Source: Azolla caroliniana
Lineage: Eukaryota > Plantae > Polypodiophyta
NCBI GenBank assembly: GCA_043228905.1
Contig: JBHGNT010000012.1
Coordinates: forward strand, 3,720,001-3,784,000
Direction of reading: 5' to 3'
DNA: 64,000 nucleotides
Shown: piece by piece, positions 1 through 9,980 of the stretch
How the letters are laid out: each line of letters begins with the position of its first letter
Numbering within the stretch: the first letter of the stretch is position 1
Program-made: the position numbers and the translations under genes
The notes under the pieces: generated by a model
Told to the model about the DNA's origin: nothing
What the model saw: the letters and a program-made list of their open reading frames with translations, nothing else
The model's database searches: none

Positions 1-1486
1 CTTTTATACATTGAAGATCACTTGCCTTTCGAGAGGCCAATTTCTTAAGCCCTATGCATATATCTTCAATTGTAAAGAAGGGAGACATATGTGAAAGAGA
101 ACCATAACACATCATCTTTCCGGCAAGAGATAACTCATATAAATTTTTACAATGCATAGACAAGTCATGAAGAGTTAAGTCACCATAACTCTCAACACGT
201 TTACCCTTTAGATTTCCCCAAAATTTAGCACATGCATGTGCTTTCTCTTGCGTTTGGAGAAGTTGTTGAGTAACTTCCCATATTCGTCTCTTTCTTTGAA
301 TAAGCCTTTTATAGTCATGCAAATGCTTTTGATAATTTTCTTTATCCTTAACTACATCCAAAACCATAAGGCACTTTCGAGCTTCATGACATTCTTTATC
401 AAACCATTTTTTCTTACATTTCTTGGTGCATTTCCATGATGTGCGATTGGTCGAAAAACATTTGTTTGTACAAGAGAGAATGACATTCTTAAAAGCTTCC
501 CATTTACATTCTAGTGTGCCACCATGTTGTGTCTTTGTCATTTGTAGCATATCCTCAACCATCTTGGAATACATGGGCGCTCGCTTAAGATTCATGCTCA
601 AATGCATTTGTTTGCTATCTTCAATAACCTTCTCGCAATCAAACCTATGCATACATTTGAGATCAATGCATAAAGTCCTATGATCGGATTCCGGTGTCCA
701 TTCTCCAAGTGAGAATTTATGTATACGATCCAAAATACCTTCGGAAAGTAGCATATAGTCAATCACACTATTTCCATTGTGTTTTCTACATGTAAAGCCG
801 TTAGTATTGGGCCATAAGGAAACACCATTTGCAATGAGCAATCCGGTACTATTGCACATTTGTAGGAGTAATTTCCCAAATTGGTCCGGATCTTTTTCAT
901 CGCTAGAAGATCGACTATACATTTGCATATCCTCTTGCATCCTTGAGATATGGGGCATCAAAGATTCTTGTGAATCAAGTTGGAAACTTCTTGTACGAGC
1001 ATTCATGTCACCAAAGACAATAACTTCCCCTTTGGATTTGAAATAAACAATATCATCTTCTAGATTTGCAAAAGGTTGATCTTTATCCAAACAAGCATAG
1101 AAGTTAGAATCTTGATGAGGAATGTAACATCCAACGACAAAAGTGGGTGAATCATTAGGTGTTTCTATTTTGAGCCATATGTAACATTTATGTTCATCAT
1201 TTTTTATGATTGACACATATTTCTCTATTTCCTTCTTAATCAAACATGCCACCCCTCCTTGTCCTCTTCTTTGTCTTGGATTTTTCTCCCATATCAAAGA
1301 GTGTACATTATAGTTTCCTAAACCTTGAATCCTTTGAGTATCATGCTCCCATGTTTCAACAAGGAGTGCGATATCCGAGTCATCGATGAACTCCTCTATG
1401 CCGAATCCCGCATTCCATGGGTATCCATTGCAATTCCAAAAACATAGTCGTATAAGACGTGGTTTAGTCTCATAGGTCACGTGTCC
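1..1486 (-). CDS. LINE ORF2 (APE endonuclease + start of reverse transcriptase), partial, open to the window edge
   Basis: Hand translation: RLCFWNCNG..LLVETW..GQGGVACLIK..GCYIPH..FGDMNAR..GFTC..SVIDYML..ESDHRTL..KWFDKEC..FTIEDICIGLKKLASRKASDLQCIK. No stop seen. Absent from the ORF track because it has no stop inside the window. Confidence 0.85.
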
Positions 1487-2229
1487 CTATTTGCCTACAT
1501 TTCCATCTTTAAGCACATCCTTAGCCTTATTTTTCCTTTCTTCATATGCTTTACGACGGGCATTTTGTTGTGAGATAGTACGATCTTCACTCACAAAGCA
1601 TTGCATACCTTTGAGGTATACCCAACTATTTTCGAGTATGATCCGCCGCTTAGTATCATCCGTCATTGTGCATACAATGGGCCTTTCTCCGGATCGAGTA
1701 ACACCATGTTTCCCAACTCGGTGTGCCCCATATACATTCACATCCGACATCCCGTAATGCATGCTAAAAAATTCACCAATGGCCTTTCCGAGGGAAGCGG
1801 GTGTTTCCATACTCTCCTCTTTAATCCCACGGATGACAATGTTCTTTGATCTTCGTTCACGCTCTTTCAATTCTTGGGCATCTATGCTTTCTATATTCTT
1901 CTCTTGATGCATCACATGCATATTAGATGAGTTTGATACCCCATCCCCACCACATACATCGGCCCATGATTTCGTTGTACATACATTTTTCATCTCACTT
2001 ACATCCCGCCTCATCGTGTCTAATTTTTCTTCTTTTAAAGCTTCCTTTAACTCAATCTTATTAAGGCGCTCATTCATTTCAAAAGAAGCTCTCTTACATT
2101 CTTGAATCTCTTCTTCAAGTTTTGCAACCACTTTCTTAAGACTTTCATTCTCAAAGGCAAGAGTTTGGAGCTTAGCATTCTCTTTCATTAGCATCCTAAT
2201 CTCTTCACCTTGCTTATTTATGGTTTCTT
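1487..2229 (-). CDS. LINE ORF1 (coiled coil + Tnp22-like RRM/CTD), N-terminus missing
   Basis: ORF 1487..2269: heptad-rich N-half, then RRSKNIVIRGIKEE...AHRVGK...RPIV...LKG..CFVSEDRT..QQNARRK. The first 13 residues of the tracked ORF come from the flanking (TC)n/LTR. Confidence 0.8.
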
Positions 2230-2947
2230 GAAGAGAGAGAGAGAGAGAGAGAGCAGAACATAAACTCAATTCAAAATATCACTCTGAAAAACTCTATACA
2301 TACAATGTGCTAAACAACACTATTTATACAAGTCCATAAAGGACTGACAGGTACTTCAATATTCCTACGTGTGACTAACACTAACTACGAGACAATGATT
2401 ACTTAGTAGTCTAGGATACTACTAGGCTTCCGATTCCCACTCGAATCCGGCTCTCCGATCCGTCTCCCCGATTCGGCCGGTTGTTTCCGGATGCTAATCC
2501 AGCTCAGGCTTCTTCAGCCGATCCCGGATAGCAACAGAGAATAAGATGAAGTTTTAATGGAGAAGCTTAATACACATAGAGTATACGTGGGAGAGACAGA
2601 GACAGAGAGAGCAGAACATAAACTCAATTCAAAATATCACTCTGAAAAACTCTGTACATACAACGTGCTAAACAACACTATTTATACAAGTCCATAAAGG
2701 ACTGACAGAAGTAATAACAGGTACTTCAATATTCCTATGTGTGACTAACACTAACTACGAGACAATGATTGCCTAGTAGTCTAGGCTACTACTAGGCTTC
2801 TGGTTCCCACTTGAATCCGGCTCTCTGATCCGTCTCCCTGATCCGGCCGGTTGTTTCTAGATACCAATCCTGCTCATCCTTCCGAATGCCAATCCGGCTC
2901 ATGCTTCTTCATCCGATCCGGATCCGGTTGAGCTTGCTCGCTCAACA
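2230..2947 (-). mobile_element. Copia LTR fragment(s) with an internal ~0.3-kb tandem duplication
   Basis: 2244-2527 is repeated at ~2600-2918 (gcagaacataaactcaattcaaaatatcactctga...), each copy with a TATAAATAG on the - strand. Ends ...gagcttgctcgctcaaca at 2947, resembling the LTR termini at 56202/61202. Confidence 0.65.
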
Positions 2948-4250
2948 GGAACATGTCGAACATCCTTTAGTGTCAGTCAACACCCTGTCAACGTCATTAG
3001 GCAGACACTTCCAACTCCGGTTACCTTGCACTCTCCACTATCACCCATCTTTACATAGCCATGATCCTTGACTATGTAAGTCGAGAAATACTCTCTCAAC
3101 GGAGTTATGTGGAATGATGCCCCGGAATCGATCACCCAAGTGCATTCTTCACTTGCAAGATTTGTACTTGTTTGTTTGCAGATGAACAACAGTTCTTCTC
3201 ATCAAGAATCTTCTTGGGTTTGACATTGTTTCCGACACCCTTGTCTTTTCTCATGTGTCGGTAGTCCTTCTGGAAGTGTTCAGGTTTACCACAGTAAAAG
3301 CACACTAGCTTACCTCTGGACTTCGATCTGGCTTGGGACTTTTCTCTCCTTGGTGGACTTCTTTGCTGGTTCCTTCCTCTGTCCGAATGTTGTGTTACAT
3401 TCGACTCCGACTGGGACAGGACTCCTTGCCTCCTCATTTAGGATGCTTGTCTTTACGGTTTGTAGAGACATGTTCTCTTCTTGACAAGAGGTGCTAAGAG
3501 TAACCACCAGGTTCTCCCAGCTATTCGGCAGTGTGCACATCAGCAGAATGGCTTGCATCGCATCATCCAGGGGAAACTTGGTTGCAACAAGTTGATTCAC
3601 ATACCCCATGAAACTGTTGATGTGTTTGACGATGCTCTCATCGTCTCTGTATTTCAGTCGTACGATCTTTCTCATCAATGAGGTTTTATTGAGGGCATTC
3701 TTCCTCTCGTATAGACCCGAAAGCTTCTGCCACATCTCGTGGGCATTTGTGTCGTTCGCCACATGTTGCAAGACACTTACGTCGACGCACTGTCGGATGG
3801 TGGCCACCGCCTTTCTATTGAGAAGTTTCCAATCCAACTCCAGTACCCCCTGGGTATATCTGCTCTGTCGATTGGCTCGTACATGTCTTTCATGATGATA
3901 AGGTCTTCCATCTTTATCTTCCAGTCTGCATAGTTTTGTGACTTTAGAACTATCATGCCTGGGAAGCCGCTCACACCTCCTTCCATGCTTGCAACTCAAG
4001 CTCTGATACCAGATTGTTGAGAATCGATTCGCAAAACCAAAAGATCAACCAATGCTGAAAATACACTACATATGCACACGACACAGTACATAGATATTTA
4101 CGTGGAAACCCTAAAAAACGGGAGAAAACCACGGGAGAGTAAGCTTCACTATACAGTGGATATACAAGATAGAGATTACAACACTCTTTCTGAGTGTATC
4201 ACCCTCACGGGGTTCTTGGCGTCTGTTGTTACGCACACAACTATGGTGTT

Positions 4251-4318
<68 letters not shown>

Positions 4319-4563
4319 GTCTCTCTTACGCACACTTCTATTGTCATCACATTACTATGTTTGCCCTAGATGTATATATATATTGATACATCGTGTGGAC
4401 TATTTACAATTGTAGCCACTGCTACATATCATTACTATTATTATTACTATAATAATAATAATCTGTTTAAATAATCAACTCTTTGTTGTTGACTCTTCGA
4501 CTGTCGATTGTCGGCTATTTCCGAACAGTCGGTTCCTCCCACTGGAGGGACATATCCCCAACA
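2948..4563 (-). mobile_element. Truncated Ty1/Copia (Tork/Tnt1-like, older relative of elements B/C): 5' LTR 4015-4563, PBS, decayed gag-protease
   Basis: LTR TGTTG...CAACA 4015-4563. PBS-Met TGGTATCAGAGC at 4011-4000. Frameshifted gag (LYERKNALNK), zinc knuckle CFYCGKPEH, protease WVIDSGASFH. Inserted into the Gypsy RT at 4564. Confidence 0.88.
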
Positions 4564-6535
4564 GGATGAAATAGTGTATCCCAAATATTCGACTTGTTTG
4601 CAATCAAAACTGAATTTCTCAAGTTTGGCATAAAGACCATACTTTCTTAGGCGTTCAAGCTTTCCGCACATGTATATCATGCTCCTCCTATGTTTTAGAG
4701 TAAATCAACAGATCATCTAGGTAGATGATGAGAAAGATATCCAAGAAATCCCCGAAAATGTCATTTGCCATATGTTGAAATACTTCGGGTGCATTTGTGA
4801 GCCCGAAAGGCATGACTGTATACTCGAAATGACCATACCAAGTACGAAATGCAGATTTCCACTCATCTTCCGATCGAATTCGAACAAGATTATATGCACC
4901 CCTTAGATCAATTTTGGTAAAATGCTTTGCCCCACCAATGTGTTCTAAGAGATTGGAGATTAAAGGTAGAGCATACCTATTCCTTATGGTGACTTTATTT
5001 AAGCCTCAATAGTCCACGACCAAACGAAGGGAGTCATCCTTTTTCTTCACAAAAAAGACAGGAGCACCAGTTGGAGACTTTAAATGTCAAATAAACCCAT
5101 GTGCAAGATTTTCCTCAATGTATTCTCGAAGAACCTCAAGCTCAGTGGGTGATAAATTGTAAATCAGACCCCACAGTGGCTCTATTCCTGGTTGGAGATC
5201 AATAGGACAGTCGTACGGCCGATGCTTTGGAATAACACTAGCTTTGACTTTGTCGAAAATATCAGCATATTCTTGATCTTTTCTGGGAATTTGGATGTCT
5301 GAATTCCCTTGAGTGGCACTAGAAGGTGTCACTGATATTGCAAATAAGAAAAGGTCCTCCTTGCCTCCCTTGGTGCAATTGTTGCAATGTGATGGCTAAA
5401 TTTTGATGAAAAGGAGATGGTGCATTGGTAGAACTATATTTTTCAAGAGAATAATCCTAAGTTCGATCCTTGGAAATGATATTTTCTGTTGAAGGGCACC
5501 AAACTTCTCGCTTCCTCCAATTGATTCTAGGGTTATGTAGCTCGAACCATGGCAAACCGAGGACAATTGGATGCTCAAGACTACAGATTATGTTAAAGGA
5601 AACTACACATCCTAAATCACCTAAGAGTATGTGTATTGGCTCAGACTCTTCGAAATTCTTCCCGGAAGCTATGGGACGTCCATCAATCACTACTACGGAA
5701 ACTAGACAAGGAAGTGTATGCAAGGATATTTGGTGTTTTTGGGCAAAATCTCTATCCATGAAACAAGAATTGGCTCCAGTATCTAAGAGGGCTTGGACTT
5801 GAAGTTGACAACTTGGTGTCCTAACTTGTACTTGGGCTAAGAAGACTCTACTACTAACATGCTTGGAAGAAATGGAACCCACACTAGGTTGTACATATCT
5901 AGGGTTGTCTAACCAAATGACTCCTATTTTGGCCAGACTTATTTGTTTGACTCCTCTTCTAATTGGCTTAGGACTTCAAACTTATTGGACAAGGGTGGAT
6001 TATTCATAATATTAGATTCACTAACTACTTCTAAAATGTTGGACTCATTTTTATTGTCATAGTGAATTTGATTTACCTGACGTCTCGGCCTACGGGAGCA
6101 ATGAATGGCTATATGTCCTGGACCTCCGCAATATAAGCACAGACGGTTTGCTCGACGTCGTTGCTTCTCTTCGTCCGACAACAGTCCTCGTCATTGAGTG
6201 ATGTCGATCTCCATGGGTGTAGGAATATCCATTGCGACTGGACTACGTGTTTGCCTTGGAGTTGGAGCAAGGCTATATGTTTGCCTTGGGAATGATTGCA
6301 TCGTTACTGATGCATAAGTTGGTGTGAATCTTGGTCTTGTTATTTGTTGTTGTCGCTCACATCAACGCTCAAAAAGGCGATTATCACACCATATTGCTCG
6401 ACTAATAGCTTCTTAAGTGACCTTGGATCCTCGGGGAAGGTAAGAAGTAAGTCTTTGACATCACTACGAAGGCCTGAACGGAATTGCTCCATTAGGGTTG
6501 GTTCATCCCAAGGAATATCGCTTGCGATGAGACGG

Positions 6536-8523
6536 TGCCGTGATGTTTTCGACACATAGTGTGAAACCACCATCAAAAGAGAATAAAATAGTGGTCCAAA
6601 TAAACTAATTTTCTTAAGTCAACTATAGTAATAAATGAAAGTAAAAAGTTAGGAGAGGTTTTCGAAAGTAGACAAAAATAGAGAAAAAGATGGGAAAAGA
6701 AAAGCTACCCGTGGATATGAGGAGTAAGGTCGAGTAAAAAGCTCATAATTTCCTCGTCAAATGTCCAAATTAGAAAAGAAAAGATACATAAGAAAGCTAA
6801 CCAAAAATTCTTTCCAAGAATATATTGCATGTGAAATTTGGGGCTAGAAAACAGAAATAGTGAGGAAAAGAAAAGTCGACTCATGTAGACAAGCTTTTTT
6901 TAGGGGAAAAAGGCAAGCAATCCTAAACCTATAAATAAGAGCCTATTCTAGTGAAGAAGGGGGGAGGGAGAAGGAACACAGAAGCTCTACTCAATTGGAA
7001 AGCGGAAGAAGAAGGATCAACAACATCGGGAGGCATCATCAACAAAGAAACTCCTTCTATACTCGACTCTCTTCTTTCCTCCACCTCTCTTCCCCCATCC
7101 AACCCATTGTAACATGATTCTTATATTATAAAAGAATCTATTATATTGATATAAACTAATGTTTTCTTTCAACTACTTGTCTTATGTGTAAATCTTAATT
7201 GTGCTTATTTGTTATCATCATTTGTGCTTATTTGTTTGTGTGTCTTGTGACAAGGGAGCATTTCAGGCTTGCCCATGCACCTCTCCTTTCACAAAGGCAT
7301 TCAAACCTACGTGTCTTATATGTTATCTTCATTTGTGCTTATTTGTTTGTGTGTCTTGTGACAAGGGAACGTTTCAGGCTTGCCCATGCACTTCTCCTTT
7401 CACAAAGGCATTCAAACTTACGTGTCTTGTGTGTTCGTGTGACTTGTGGCAATGGAGCGTTCAGGCTTGCCCATGCACCTCTCCTTTCACAAAGGCATTC
7501 GAAATTGTGTCTCCCGTGTGTAAACCTTGCTTGTGTGTTCGTGTGACTTGTGACAAGGGAGCATTCGGGCTTACCCATGCACCTCTCCTTTCACAAAGGC
7601 GTTCGAAATTGTGTCTCCCATGTGTAAACCTTGCTTGTGTGTTCGTGCGACTTAGCAAGGGAGCGTTCGGGGTTGCCCATGCACCTCTCCTTTCACAAAG
7701 GCATTCAAAATTGTGTCTCCCATGTGTAAACCTTGCTTGTGTGTTCATGCGACTTGTGGCAAGGGAGCATTTGGGCTTGCCCATGCACCTCTCCTTTCAC
7801 AAAGGCGTTTGAAATTGTGTCTCCCATGTGTAAACCTTGCTTGTGTGTTCGTGCGACTTGTCGCAAGGGAGCGTTCAGGCTTGCCCATGCACCTCTCCTT
7901 TCACAAAGGTGTTCGAAATTGTGTCTCCCGTGTGTAAACCTTGCTTGTGTGTTTGTGCGACTTGTGGCAAGGGAGCGTTCGGGCTTGCCCATGCACCTCT
8001 CCTTTCACAAACGCGTTCAAAATTGTGTCTCCTGTGTATAAACCTTGCTTGTGCGTTCGCGTGTTTTGTAACAAGGGAGCATTTGGGCTTTGCCCATGCA
8101 CCTCTCTTTTCACAAAGGCATTCGAAACTTTGTCTATCATGTGTGTAAGTAAGCCTTTTCCTTGTGTGTCCGTGTAAGCCTTCCTCACGTGCATTCGTTT
8201 GCCTTGTGACTAGGGGTTGATTCGGGCTTGCCCATGCACCTCTCTTTTCACAAAGGCATTCGAAACTTTGTCTATCATGTGTGTAAGTAAGCCTTTTCCT
8301 TGTGTGTCCATGTAAGCCTTCCTCACGTGCATTCGTTTGCCTTGTGACTAGGGGTTGATTCGGGCTTGCCCATGCACCTCTCTTTTCACAAAGGCGTTCG
8401 AATACTCGTGCCTTGTTTGTGTAAGACTTCCTTGTGTTGTGCGTGTAAGTCCTATTTCCTTCCCATCCATAACCCCGACAGTTCCGCCTCACGATCCGCA
8501 CATAGTGACGGATTTTCACAACA
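6536..8523 (+). mobile_element. Solo LTR (~2.0 kb) inserted in the Gypsy gag
   Basis: TGCCGTGA...TCACAACA termini; 4-bp TSD acgg/acga. Removing the element and one TSD copy restores gag ASNFRLIASDIPW in frame. TATAAATA near 6930. Confidence 0.75.
7200..8405 (+). repeat. Tandem array of 11 units (87-138 bp, mostly ~104 bp) inside the solo LTR
   Basis: Core ttgcccatgcacctctcctttcacaaagg recurs at ~7271, 7382, 7469, 7573, 7675, 7779, 7883, 7987, 8092, 8230, 8368. Confidence 0.92.
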
Positions 8524-9117
8524 ACGAAAATTGGATGCATATGTCGAAGTTGGTCGATCACCTTGACGTAGTATATAAATCTTGTTGATAGTTGTTCTCG
8601 CCCCATCAGTATCTCCAAAACAAGCCTTAAATTCTTTGATAAATTCCTCAAAATTATTCAGTAGAGGAGAGTTAGCCTCTAGCAATGGAGCAAACCACGA
8701 CAACGTTATGCCAGTCAATAAGGTGCCCACTAACCCAACTCGTGATGCATCTGTCGGATAACGTGTGGAATGCATTTGAATCACCAACCGTACTTGATTC
8801 AAGAAACCTCGGAAATGCGCCCTCAAACCATCAAATTTAGCTGGGAGGCTGATTTTGGGCTCCTTGATAAGTCCTTGACCTTCGACCCTTTGTTGTTGTA
8901 ACACTATGATTGTCAACTCTAACTATTGAACCTGTCGCATGAACTCCTCTTGTTGTTGTTGCTTCTCTATAGTAACCTTTTGTAGATCCCCAAGTAGACG
9001 TTGATTCTCTACTTCAAGAGATGCGAACTTGGATTTAAGATTCTCCATTTCTGCAATAAGGGTGAGATATTCTTCTGAGTTAATGGTGGCCATGGTTTCG
9101 TGATGGTTACAGAGGAG

Positions 9118-9153
<36 letters not shown>

Positions 9154-9158
<5 letters not shown>

Positions 9159-9165
9159 GAATCAA
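9154..9165 (-). other. Self-priming type primer binding site (complementary to predicted transcript 5' end 9333-9322)
   Basis: + strand aattcgaatcaa (9154-9165) is the exact reverse complement of ttgattcgaatt (9322-9333). No TGG-type tRNA PBS is present. Confidence 0.72.
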
Positions 9166-9167
9166 AC

Positions 9168-9497
9168 TGTCAGAACCAAGAATAAAAGATAGAGTGATGG
9201 AAGAAGGATATAAGGGAACACGAGAAGAAAGGAACAAAATGCTAAGAGAAGAATGGTTGTATTAAGAAAGAGAAAGAAAGAGAATAGATACAAGATATGT
9301 AATGAGAGCTAAAGACTGGTGTTGATTCGAATTGATTTGAGAATACATGTATGCCCTTATTTATAGGTTCCTATAGCTTTGAGATTTCTATAATGTTCTA
9401 GAATGTTCTAGGACATTCTAGAACATTCTAGAATGATCTAGAGTTTTTACAATAATCAATCTAATACAAAAAGTAGCTTTTATCCACACATATGACA
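9168..9497 (-). repeat. 5' LTR of the Tcn1-like Gypsy (330 bp)
   Basis: Terminal TGTCA/TGACA inverted repeats; TATAAATA at 9365-9358; lies directly upstream of gag. Confidence 0.8.
9385..9443. promoter_or_regulatory. Heat-shock element (nGAAnnTTCn) array in the LTR U3
   Basis: TTCtaTAAtgTTCtaGAAtgTTCtaGGAcaTTCtaGAAcaTTCtaGAA: alternating pentamers 20-70 bp upstream of the TATA box. Confidence 0.7.
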
Positions 9498-9559
9498 ATA
9501 AGCTATCTTAATGGTTGAGTTTTTCAATTATGGATTACAAGGTTCGAGGTTCAAGTCCG

Positions 9560-9980
9560 GGTGACGCCATAATGGTCATGTGTTCATGACATCTTCTTCC
9601 TCCTGTTCGGTCGTGGCGAGGTTTGCAAGCCTTCGCTTTTGTGGACGTTGTGCTACTGATGGGCAGGTTGAGTCCGGAGCTGGGAGGGCCTGTGGGGGAA
9701 ACAGTATCATAAAATACTGTTGTTGGATTATCGGGCAGAGCTTCTTACCTCCCTGGAAGGCGTGGAGTCCTTCGTGGAGGGACGACCCTGTAATCATGCC
9801 CCAATCAACAACTTGCCCTTTGAAGGTTGTGATGATGATGTCGGCCTTTTGCTTTGGCATCCCATACGCATTCGGGTGTACACATCCCACTTCTAACAGG
9901 AACTCGCGAAAAAAGGGATCAGGGGTGTCTTGTGTCCTGTAGGCTTTGTTGGAGACAACATACTCACCAAAATAACGTTG
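9560..9980 (-). pseudogene. Fragment of an unidentified protein-coding ORF, probably a TE accessory ORF
   Basis: GC-rich reading frame (...YFGEYVVSNKAYRTQDTPDPFFREFLLEVGCVHPNAYGMPKQKADIIITTFKGQVVDWGMITG...) truncated on both sides by other TEs; family not recognised. Confidence 0.35.

Larger units (their letters stand above)
1..2229 (-). mobile_element. LINE (non-LTR retrotransposon), L2/CR1/RTEX-like architecture, apparently 5'-truncated; runs off the left window edge
   Basis: ORF1 with coiled coil plus RRM/CTD-like motifs, followed by an APE endonuclease and the start of RT (see CDS features). The 5' end abuts a (GA)n tract at ~2230. Confidence 0.9.
4564..9497 (-). mobile_element. Ty3/Gypsy of the Tf1/sushi/Tcn1-like chromovirus type, 5' portion (LTR, gag, protease, RT), decayed and interrupted
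   Basis: Gag EPKISLPAKFDG..FRGFLNQ, zinc knuckle CLYCGGPGH, protease ALLDTGANSCF, RT PKHRPYDCPIDL..VEYLGY. 5' LTR TGTCA...TGACA at 9168-9497. Gag is split by the solo LTR at 6536-8523. Confidence 0.88.

Noticed and set aside
7200-8405. CRISPR-like array (constant repeat + spacers)
   Set aside because: Linkers are themselves repeated and homologous, there are no cas genes, and the context is a eukaryotic LTR.
7199-8651. Cys-rich ORFs of 80-260 aa
   Set aside because: Translations of the tandem repeat in several frames on both strands; no protein signature.
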